Positions 42,593 to 50,667 of a DNA stretch of 64,000 nucleotides are shown one piece after another (within the stretch, counting starts at the first letter, position 1; the number at the start of each line of letters is the position of its first letter). Under the pieces are notes generated by a model. It was not told the DNA's origin and searched no databases. It saw only the letters and a program-made list of their open reading frames with translations. This DNA comes from a virus, in IMG/VR virus record IMGVR_UViG_3300037466_003456, positions 32,001 through 96,000 of that record; one strand, given 5' to 3'. The translations under genes and the position numbers were made by a program.

Positions 42593-44248
42593 ATGGCTTC
42601 TTTAAAAGAAGTAGAAGGTCAGCTGACCCCGATGAGGTTCGCAGAATCAATGTATATGTTGGAAGGTTCCCCGTTACGATTTGGACCAGGGCGGAATTAT
42701 CTGAAAGCCATACATAATGCGGACATCGAAGAATTGCTGATGATGACAGGTCGTCAGGTAGAGAAATCCACCTCGATCTCTGTAAAAATAGCCAACAACA
42801 TTCTATTAAGAAGTTTCAGCCGGAATCTTTACGTCGCACCCCTAAACGAACAGGTGAAAGTATTCTCTCGTGGTCGTCTGGATAAATTGTTCCGATACTC
42901 ACAAAAGGATTTAATTCGGAAACGGTACCAGAGTAATGACTTGGTAAATCAGGTATTCCATAAAGAATTTATGAATGGTAGTGAAATTTACCTTCGGAAC
43001 TGTTTTGAAGAAGCCGACAATATTCGTGGACTATCTGTCAGTGACATCTTTATCGATGAAATTCAGGACATCCTAGTCGATGCCCTACCCGTAATCTTAG
43101 AAACTCAAACACGCGCAAAAAAGAAGCGTAGAATCTATACGGGAACTCCCAAGTCGTTTAGTAACACGATACAACAACAGTGGGAGAAAAGTAGTCAAGC
43201 AGATTGGGTGATTCGTTGCTCCCACTGTGGGAAGCACCAAGTTATGGGGGTCGATTCGGTTACTGCTGCTTCATATGTATGCCGAAATCCTCGATGCCGT
43301 AAACCGATTGATGATATCGTTCGGGCCATGGGTCGCTGGGAACACCGTTTTCCAGACCGCCGGATGAAGGGTTTCCGTGTCACGCAAATGATGGTTCCTG
43401 ACATTAAGTCTGCGGATCTCCTGCAGAAGATTGAAACCTACCCTATCCTCCGTTTGAAAAATGAGGTTTTAGGAGAATCCTATGAAAATGCGGATAAACC
43501 ATTCACCCGTCAATTTATGATGGATATTACTGATCACGAATTCTCGATGATGAACGGAATCGTCAATACCCCATTCGCCAACACCCCAACATTCTTGGGT
43601 ATTGACTGGGGCGAAGGCGAAAAGAATGGGCAAGCTGGAACAGGTTACACTGTTATGACAGTCGGAGCCTATAATTCCGAAGGAAAGTTCCAAATCCTTT
43701 ATGCCAAGCGATTTGAACGTGGCGATGAGTTAGATCCTGATTATCAGATTCGTAGTCTTCTTAATCTAGTAAAAGTCTTTAACTGTCGTTTTGTCGTCGC
43801 TGACTATGGAGCAGGGGTTAAAGAGAACAAGAGAATTCAAAAACAGTTGGGAAAAATATTTGCTCAAATTCAATACGTCGGACAGCAAAAAAAGAAACTT
43901 AACTATGATGCGGGTGAGTTTAAGTTTCTAATCGAGCGTTCCGACTGGATGACCGACTTTATTGATTTCGCCCACGATGGAAACCTTCGTTTCTTTGGGA
44001 AAAATCATGAAGGGGCATTGGATTGGATTTACGATAATTTTTGTGCCATTTATTCCGAATACCGTCCTGCTTCCAATGGGCTGTCTGAGAAACTATTTTA
44101 CGGTCACGATGTCTCCCAGCCAGACGATGCATTTCACAGTGTTTTTTATGCGTGGTTTGCTTCCACGATGTATAAGAATGGAAACTCTAACCCGCAAAGG
44201 AATACAGGTCAAAAGAAATATTTTGCCTCTGTCAAAGCGGGATACTAG
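42593..44248 (+). CDS. terL: Terminase large subunit (GpA-like)
   Basis: Walker A-like GRQVEKST, Walker B FIDEIQD, TGTPK, CSHC/CRNPRC zinc motifs, nuclease GIDWG, ADYG, PDDAFH. Confidence 0.88.
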   Translation: MASLKEVEGQLTPMRFAESMYMLEGSPLRFGPGRNYLKAIHNADIEELLMMTGRQVEKSTSISVKIANNILLRSFSRNLYVAPLNEQVKVFSRGRLDKLFRYSQKDLIRKRYQSNDLVNQVFHKEFMNGSEIYLRNCFEEADNIRGLSVSDIFIDEIQDILVDALPVILETQTRAKKKRRIYTGTPKSFSNTIQQQWEKSSQADWVIRCSHCGKHQVMGVDSVTAASYVCRNPRCRKPIDDIVRAMGRWEHRFPDRRMKGFRVTQMMVPDIKSADLLQKIETYPILRLKNEVLGESYENADKPFTRQFMMDITDHEFSMMNGIVNTPFANTPTFLGIDWGEGEKNGQAGTGYTVMTVGAYNSEGKFQILYAKRFERGDELDPDYQIRSLLNLVKVFNCRFVVADYGAGVKENKRIQKQLGKIFAQIQYVGQQKKKLNYDAGEFKFLIERSDWMTDFIDFAHDGNLRFFGKNHEGALDWIYDNFCAIYSEYRPASNGLSEKLFYGHDVSQPDDAFHSVFYAWFASTMYKNGNSNPQRNTGQKKYFASVKAGY

Positions 44249-44287
44249 TAAAATCATTATATAGAAAACTAAAAGGAGGAATAGACC

Positions 44288-45202
44288 ATGATCCCTGTTA
44301 GAAATAAGAATACCGACATTAGTTCTGATGTGGCAGCGGGTAAGAAACTTCAGGATAAAATCAAGAAGTTAGCTGAAACGGCGGCAAATCAAAGCATCAA
44401 TGACGGCAAAGATTTGGATGTCGTGCTTGCCGAGATAAGCAAACGGGAAAAGTTTAACCGGTTGCAGATTCAGAGGTTGGTAGAAGAATCAAATACGGTG
44501 GCTTACAATAAAAGGTATGACAAATTACGAAATCAAAAGGACAGGCGAATCGATTTCCCTCTCGCCTCTTTATCAGGAGTGATTAATGAAATGGGTAATG
44601 ATGCACCAGCAGAAATCAAAAATCCAAATTTAAAAGATGGCGGTCAAGGGACTGGAGAACTCTCTAAAGCGGCATCCGTAGAGGAATTCACATATATCCA
44701 TACTCCCAATGCACGTTTAAAGGAAAGAGAAGAACGATACCTTTCCAAAGTAGCTTCCGTCCAACAGCGCCAAGACGAACGGGAAAAATCAAGACAAGAA
44801 AAAGATCACCAAAGTTCTCTCTTTAAAATTGCCAATTCTATTGTGATGTCCGAGCGCCAATATAAAAATGGGAATGAAGTGTTCAATACTCTTCTTTCTG
44901 ATGTTTCATTGGCACAGGATGACATTGATGGCATTAAGAAGAAAGCCTCTGAAATCGGTGATGCATTGGTTAAAACGAAACGAACCCATTCTGGCTTTGT
45001 GGTAACCTTAAAGGAGAATCCGATTGAGAAAGTCGCTAGTCATGTTCTTGGAGAATACAGCCTTTTAAAGGTTGCCGAGAGCAATGATAAGGTCAAAGTA
45101 GTAAAAGTCCAACCTACGGCAGATGTATCGGATTTTAATCAATTAGTCACTTTAGCCAGGAAGCTACAACAACAAGCAAGCACTGGGAATGAGGTGAATT
45201 AA
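44288..45202 (+). CDS. Putative virion protein with K-x-A motifs (304 aa)
   Basis: IKKLA, LSKAA, LSKVA, FKIA, IKKKA, IEKVA, LLKVA; located between terL and portal. Confidence 0.7.
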   Translation: MIPVRNKNTDISSDVAAGKKLQDKIKKLAETAANQSINDGKDLDVVLAEISKREKFNRLQIQRLVEESNTVAYNKRYDKLRNQKDRRIDFPLASLSGVINEMGNDAPAEIKNPNLKDGGQGTGELSKAASVEEFTYIHTPNARLKEREERYLSKVASVQQRQDEREKSRQEKDHQSSLFKIANSIVMSERQYKNGNEVFNTLLSDVSLAQDDIDGIKKKASEIGDALVKTKRTHSGFVVTLKENPIEKVASHVLGEYSLLKVAESNDKVKVVKVQPTADVSDFNQLVTLARKLQQQASTGNEVN

Positions 45203-45203
45203 T

Positions 45204-46856
45204 GTGTCGAACTACTTTGAAGAATTAGAGAAGATTGCCAATGACCTTACATTGGTGGATGATCTTGCTGCAGAGCCAATGGTTCCCGATTATGCACCTC
45301 AGATTCCTCCAGAGGAAGTGGAAGCGATTCAAGCCAATCAACCTGATATGGTCGATACCGAAGCTGGAATGGAAGGGCAAGAACCCGTTTCCCAGGAAGA
45401 TATAGAAGCTTATGATCAGGCAATCGAGCAAGCTCAAATGCAATTGGAATCTGCTAAAGAAACGTTGGCGAGTGCCATGGAAGAATACAATGCATTCGAA
45501 AAAACCGCTCAAGAACTAAATGATGCTCTTCCGACCATGGGAGCATTGGCTAAGTTAATTGAATACTCCACAAGCGAAACCATCGACGATGACCTTCGGA
45601 AACAGGCAAGCGACCGTTTAGTAATGGCGCTTGAAAGTGAAGAAAGTTTTGTAGAAGTCATGGATAAAACAGCAAACGAGCTATTTGAAGACCAAGAAGA
45701 TAAGGATGCCCTATACTCTCCTGAAGGAAGGGAATATGTCATTGAGCGTCTTGCTTTGTTCGCTGAGGATGAGGAGTTAGAAAAGACAGCGGCTGATTTA
45801 GGTGGATTCGTGAATGACGCTCGTAAATGGGCCGCAGAATCCCTTGATGCAGCAAGGAAATTCCACAAATTACGTGCTGATGTTAAACAAACACAAGCTG
45901 AGGTTGACCGTTTAGAATCAATCATGAAAGAAAAAGTAAATGCATTGAAAGATGCGCAAAGCTTAAATGATGATGACTTGGTGGCTAAATTAGAACCAGA
46001 GGCCTTTGGAGCAAGGGATGACCACACTCGAATGAAAGGTCAGCTTTTAGATGAGCAGATACAACGAGACCGAGGAAGGAACTTATTGATCGGCGGGGCG
46101 ACAGGACTGGTTGGTGGTTCTTTATTTGCAGGTAAAAAAATAGCCGATGCCTTCAATAATCATGGTGAAAACCAAGGTGAAAATGAATTGGCAGAGAAAA
46201 CGGCTAGTGATACAATAAAACAAGATTATGTATTTAAAGAAGGAGGCAATATTAACATGGCAGAATCAATCGTAAAAGATTTTCTTAAAATCGCGGGAGC
46301 GGCTGTTTTATTAGATGTGGCAAACGATGAGGGTGCTGAAGAGGCAATCCGCAAAGAAGCAGCTGAAGCTTTTAACGGTATCGCTCGCATGGGGCGTAAG
46401 GATATGGAGGAAGCTCTTGTAAAAGTTGCTACTCAAATGTATTCTGAAGACCAATTACACGAAATCGTTTCAGGCAAACATAATGAAGAGTTATTCGGTA
46501 AGGTTGCATTCTTCACTAGCCTTAACGACCTTTCTGTGGACGAGCTTGAAAAAGTTGCGGCTGCTGAGTCTGTTGCAGCTAAAGGTGTTGGCGGCGCTCT
46601 TACTGACGCTAAATCAAACATCGAAGCAAAAGTAGAAGGCGACAAAAAGAAAACCGAAACAGTGGCTAACGGCGAAATCGGCACTAAAAAGGCTGACGAT
46701 ATGCGCGGTTACAATGTAATCAATAGCCCTGGTGAATACAAGGTTGAAAAAACTGCGGCTACACAAACTATGCTTGAAGAAGCTGAGCTTCGCAAAGAAG
46801 CAGCATACAAAGCATTTGTAGAAGCTGATACTTTCATTAAAAACAATTCTAAGTAA
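45204..46856 (+). CDS. Putative scaffold/internal head protein with K-x-A motifs (550 aa)
   Basis: Acidic and helical; LEKIA, FEKTA, MDKTA, LEKTA, AEKTA, FLKIA, LVKVA, LEKVA, VEKTA; one Gly-rich TM-like segment. Confidence 0.7.
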   Translation: MSNYFEELEKIANDLTLVDDLAAEPMVPDYAPQIPPEEVEAIQANQPDMVDTEAGMEGQEPVSQEDIEAYDQAIEQAQMQLESAKETLASAMEEYNAFEKTAQELNDALPTMGALAKLIEYSTSETIDDDLRKQASDRLVMALESEESFVEVMDKTANELFEDQEDKDALYSPEGREYVIERLALFAEDEELEKTAADLGGFVNDARKWAAESLDAARKFHKLRADVKQTQAEVDRLESIMKEKVNALKDAQSLNDDDLVAKLEPEAFGARDDHTRMKGQLLDEQIQRDRGRNLLIGGATGLVGGSLFAGKKIADAFNNHGENQGENELAEKTASDTIKQDYVFKEGGNINMAESIVKDFLKIAGAAVLLDVANDEGAEEAIRKEAAEAFNGIARMGRKDMEEALVKVATQMYSEDQLHEIVSGKHNEELFGKVAFFTSLNDLSVDELEKVAAAESVAAKGVGGALTDAKSNIEAKVEGDKKKTETVANGEIGTKKADDMRGYNVINSPGEYKVEKTAATQTMLEEAELRKEAAYKAFVEADTFIKNNSK

Positions 46857-46882
46857 GATAGCAATAGCTTGAACTAAAAATG

Positions 46883-46915
46883 AGAAAAGCGTCCTATGTG
46901 GCGCTTTTCTTTTTT
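46883..46915 (+). terminator. Intrinsic terminator
   Basis: AGAAAAGCG...CGCTTTTCT followed by a T tract. Confidence 0.75.
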
Positions 46916-46923
46916 GTATTATA

Positions 46924-46953
46924 TAGGACTTAAAATCTAGTACAATAGAACTA
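46924..46953 (+). promoter_or_regulatory. Candidate late promoter TAGGACT-N9-GTACAATAGAACTA
   Basis: Directly after a terminator; shares TAYAATAG-N-ACTA with 38243 and 41369. Confidence 0.5.
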
Positions 46954-46993
46954 TCGAATAAAACGAACTTATGGAGATAGTAGGTGAAACCTT

Positions 46994-48436
46994 TTGGCAA
47001 AGAAAAAAGAGATGTATGAAGATCATTTAGGAAATCTTTCTTGGAAAGATTCTTGGCTTCAAAACACTGTCCAATTGGCAGCCTTGGGTGGAATCGTGGC
47101 GGGAGCGAGCAGTTTAGCCATTAAGGGTGACTTAGGAGATGCGTTCAGAACCGGTAAGTCTGCCTTTAAACCTGTAGGTAAGGTGTTTGATAAGTACGTG
47201 AAAGACAGAGCTGGCATGCCAGTTAAATTCGGGTACCAGGTGTTCAAAAATATGTATAACAACATGAGGAAATTGACACCTGAAGAAAGAGATGTCTTCG
47301 AACGAGGTTTCTATGGCCGAGTAGACAACGCGGTAGACAAAGTAGATACCGATCCCGAAATTCAAAATCGTATTTGGAAAGAAGTGGAACGGAGATTTCC
47401 GACAGAACGAGAAAGACAGAAAGTAAGAGACCGACGTAACGGAACCAATAATTTTTCCCAAACAAGTGACAATGAAGCGATTGACCAGATTTATGAACAA
47501 GTACGCTCTGAAGAACGGGATAAGTTGATTTACGGCAACAGCAATGGAGGACAACGAAATAACCGAAACAACCGGAATAACAATACTTTCAATAACCATA
47601 ACAACAATCGACCGTTGTTCGACAAGAGAGATTTAGCCCAAAAGTTCATTGCAAGTGGCGTGATGGGATTAGGTACGGGAGCTGGTCTTACAGCCTTCCA
47701 TTACATTGACCGATTATCGAAAGACCCGAGCTCCCAACAAAGATTGGAGAACACATTTCAACATGCTGGTTCGTTCTTAAATCCTCAGAAAAAGGATGAT
47801 GATAAAAAGATGGATAAACAAGCGAGTGTACTAGGATTTTACAACGCTGTAAAGGATGCACCTAAAAAACTACCTGAAGCTCTTTTTGCCGGCGCAGGAT
47901 ACACAGGTCTTACATTAGGTACTGCCAAGTTACTACATGGCCATGACCCGCGTAAGACAGAACCACAAGCAAATGAGGAACCGGCGTCCGCAGGACCACG
48001 AGTCATCATTGAACTAGGAAACCCCACTGAAGAACAACAGCATGCTGGCATGCCACTCGGTTTAAGTGGTCTTCCTAAATTGGCAGGTTTCAGAAACTTT
48101 TTAAATGACTTTAACGGGCATGAAGCGGAAATTGGTAGATTGCAAAACATTCACCATGCAGATGTAGCGGCAGAAGCACTAAAGAATGAAAACGTCGAAG
48201 ACCTTCTTCATCAGCAGTATGGGCATTTGGTCAACGATAAAACTCAAGCGAATTTCACCAATCGCCTTTTCGAAAGCAGAGCAGCGCAGTCTAAACAGGA
48301 AGCGGATGAAAGAATCAGACAACTTCAAGAACAAGAAGCAAGAGCAAAACTAACTGTTTACGGTGGCGGCATTGGCGCTGCTGGTTTAGCTGGAATGGGT
48401 TATGCCCACCACAAAAAGGAGCAACCAAATGTATAA
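46994..48436 (+). CDS. Putative virion membrane-active protein (480 aa)
   Basis: Four Gly/Ala-rich hydrophobic segments; MDKQA and LPKLA motifs; N-rich linker. Confidence 0.7.
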   Translation: MAKKKEMYEDHLGNLSWKDSWLQNTVQLAALGGIVAGASSLAIKGDLGDAFRTGKSAFKPVGKVFDKYVKDRAGMPVKFGYQVFKNMYNNMRKLTPEERDVFERGFYGRVDNAVDKVDTDPEIQNRIWKEVERRFPTERERQKVRDRRNGTNNFSQTSDNEAIDQIYEQVRSEERDKLIYGNSNGGQRNNRNNRNNNTFNNHNNNRPLFDKRDLAQKFIASGVMGLGTGAGLTAFHYIDRLSKDPSSQQRLENTFQHAGSFLNPQKKDDDKKMDKQASVLGFYNAVKDAPKKLPEALFAGAGYTGLTLGTAKLLHGHDPRKTEPQANEEPASAGPRVIIELGNPTEEQQHAGMPLGLSGLPKLAGFRNFLNDFNGHEAEIGRLQNIHHADVAAEALKNENVEDLLHQQYGHLVNDKTQANFTNRLFESRAAQSKQEADERIRQLQEQEARAKLTVYGGGIGAAGLAGMGYAHHKKEQPNV

Positions 48437-48728
48437 CTTGCCCGTTGATCAGCACCCCACCGAAAGATGGGCAACTATTGTGGAAGGGGCCAGAACCCAA
48501 CGCGTTATTGCCCTCCGATACCGGGATAAATCGTTCGAGGTGTCCGAAAGATTGGTTGAACCCTACGAGATCAAACAAGGAAAACTGTTTGCCCACTGTT
48601 TAACGAAAAACGGAATGAGAGCATTTATCCTCGACAACATTTTAGCGGCAGCAGGTACAAACACCGAGTTTGTTCCTCGCTTCCCTGTTGTCGTGGAATC
48701 CTTCCAGTCCTTGAAAGCAAAACAATAA
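48429..48728 (+). CDS. Stand-alone WYL-domain protein
   Basis: IALRYRDK...ERLVEPYEI..GKLFAHC....MRAFILDNI; start after AAGGAG, overlapping the upstream stop. Confidence 0.8.
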   Translation: MYNLPVDQHPTERWATIVEGARTQRVIALRYRDKSFEVSERLVEPYEIKQGKLFAHCLTKNGMRAFILDNILAAAGTNTEFVPRFPVVVESFQSLKAKQ

Positions 48729-48752
48729 GCACCTCCCATAGGTGCTTTCTTC
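48727..48752 (+). terminator. Intrinsic terminator
   Basis: AAGCACCT-CCCAT-AGGTGCTT followed by a T/C tract. Confidence 0.65.
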
Positions 48753-48777
48753 CATATAAAAGAGGTGAACCTTTTTA

Positions 48778-50667
48778 ATGATTAAAATTTCGTCTTTTCT
48801 CGTCAATGACAGAGCAACAAGAGTATATGCCGATTATGTTGAAAAAGTCGCATTTCCAATAGGTGCTGACGCTGGTTTGATTATGGGTTCGATTGCTGCT
48901 GGACTAACAATGAATCACTTCTCCAGAAAAGCAAAAGAGCAACAGCAACAACAAAACGCACAGCCATCTCCTAGCATTGAAAATGGTGCGTACACCCAAA
49001 TTGAAAATATGTTACGTGATCTTAAAATTGTTTTCACACCGATTAGCGTCATTTATTCGGTGAATGGGCAAGTATTTGAAATCATCAGTACCGAAGAAAT
49101 GAATGCTTATATGAGGCAAGCGTTCATCCAAAAAGATGCTAATTATTTTCGTGACCTTCTCTTAAACAAAATTAATATGGAAACACAATTAGCCGAGCAA
49201 GCCTTTGCCCAGCGCCTTTTGACCGCAAACGGAGTGGGTGAACAGCAAAAGCAGGCAAACTTCCTGGAAAAACAAGAATACCTTTTGAAACTTTCGGAAG
49301 AAGAAAGCGATGTTTTGGTGAAAAAAGCATCGCAAGGATTGGATGGAGTAAAAATCACCATCGACCCAACTTTTGATTCTCTCCGTCCCTTCGATCATTC
49401 CATCACTTTTTGCAACCCGAGGGAATTGGAAAAAGTGGCAGGCATTTTTGAATTATTCCAAGGCGATCAAGTTCAAGATGTCGGAGTTCATCAATTAAAC
49501 AGTCAAGTGAACGTCGGATTCCTTCCTGACAGAGTGGTGTTCTTGTGGAATGGACAACTGATTGACCAGCTTACCCTCCTTCACATGAATGAAGAAGGTT
49601 TTGAAGCATTCCGGAACCGAGATAAACCATTTTTTATCGACTTATTTAAGCAATATACCAAAGAAGTAACGGAGGGATTACAGGAATCTCCATCGGAACC
49701 AAATCATATTGAAGCGCCTGAAGAGGAAACCCATGAAGCTTCTGTATCCGACATTCTGGAACGGCTAGAAAAGACTGCTGAGGGCTTTGAGGACATCCTA
49801 GATGACTTTACTCCTGTTATTGAAAGAGATCATATAGAGCTATTTGAAGATCCTGATATCCATCCGATTGTGTACGACAAAGTATTGTCTCACAAGTACA
49901 GCAATTCATGGCACAGACACGAAATGGAATCAATTATGAAACAGATTGAGGAGGACTTCCACCTATCTAAAGGGATAGAGGAGAATCCACTTAATAAACT
50001 TTCCATCATTCATGCCATTTCGAATCCTGACCACGCCATGTACACATCACCATTTACATTTGAAAAGTACATGCGTGGTATGAATTCCAAATCCGTTTTA
50101 TTTGAGGATTTTCAAGGCAATCTCTCTTTCGAGGAAATCATGTTTGGTTTGGAATTAGCCAAACTCTATAACGGAGAGGAAGTGTTTTTTGAGTTCCACT
50201 CCAATGTTGCTGCTTATGTAGCAGAAGAAATCATGAATGATGGAGTTCGATTTGTTTCTAACGTGCTATACGACGAAACGAATCCATCTGAAAATGATTT
50301 CTTCCGTACAGTCAATGACTTACTGATGAGGAAATGGAAAGAAGAAGATTCACTGGGATACAGGGATAACGAGGGCGTTCGCCATCGACATACATTAACG
50401 GAACAGATTGTTGAAATCGCCGATGACATCTTAAAACATTACAATTCTTTGTTGGATGTTGCGGATCCCTACAATTCTACCCGAAATATTTTGCGAAGTG
50501 AAAACTTACTGGATGTTGTTTCTTCACAAGACCAAACAAGTGTGAGAAACATGGTGGTTCAGAATGTTGTGGCTCATGTCACCACTTCCTTGTTTTTAGA
50601 TTATAAACGTGAAGAATATGAACACTCCATCTCATTGTTACAGAAAGAAGGTGTGCTAAATGGATGA
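48778..50667 (+). CDS. Putative virion protein with K-x-A motifs (629 aa)
   Basis: VEKVA, LVKKA, LEKVA, ILERLEKTA; internal duplicated segment (TPISVIYSVNGQ / LPDRVVFLWNGQ); overlaps the portal start. Confidence 0.7.
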   Translation: MIKISSFLVNDRATRVYADYVEKVAFPIGADAGLIMGSIAAGLTMNHFSRKAKEQQQQQNAQPSPSIENGAYTQIENMLRDLKIVFTPISVIYSVNGQVFEIISTEEMNAYMRQAFIQKDANYFRDLLLNKINMETQLAEQAFAQRLLTANGVGEQQKQANFLEKQEYLLKLSEEESDVLVKKASQGLDGVKITIDPTFDSLRPFDHSITFCNPRELEKVAGIFELFQGDQVQDVGVHQLNSQVNVGFLPDRVVFLWNGQLIDQLTLLHMNEEGFEAFRNRDKPFFIDLFKQYTKEVTEGLQESPSEPNHIEAPEEETHEASVSDILERLEKTAEGFEDILDDFTPVIERDHIELFEDPDIHPIVYDKVLSHKYSNSWHRHEMESIMKQIEEDFHLSKGIEENPLNKLSIIHAISNPDHAMYTSPFTFEKYMRGMNSKSVLFEDFQGNLSFEEIMFGLELAKLYNGEEVFFEFHSNVAAYVAEEIMNDGVRFVSNVLYDETNPSENDFFRTVNDLLMRKWKEEDSLGYRDNEGVRHRHTLTEQIVEIADDILKHYNSLLDVADPYNSTRNILRSENLLDVVSSQDQTSVRNMVVQNVVAHVTTSLFLDYKREEYEHSISLLQKEGVLNG

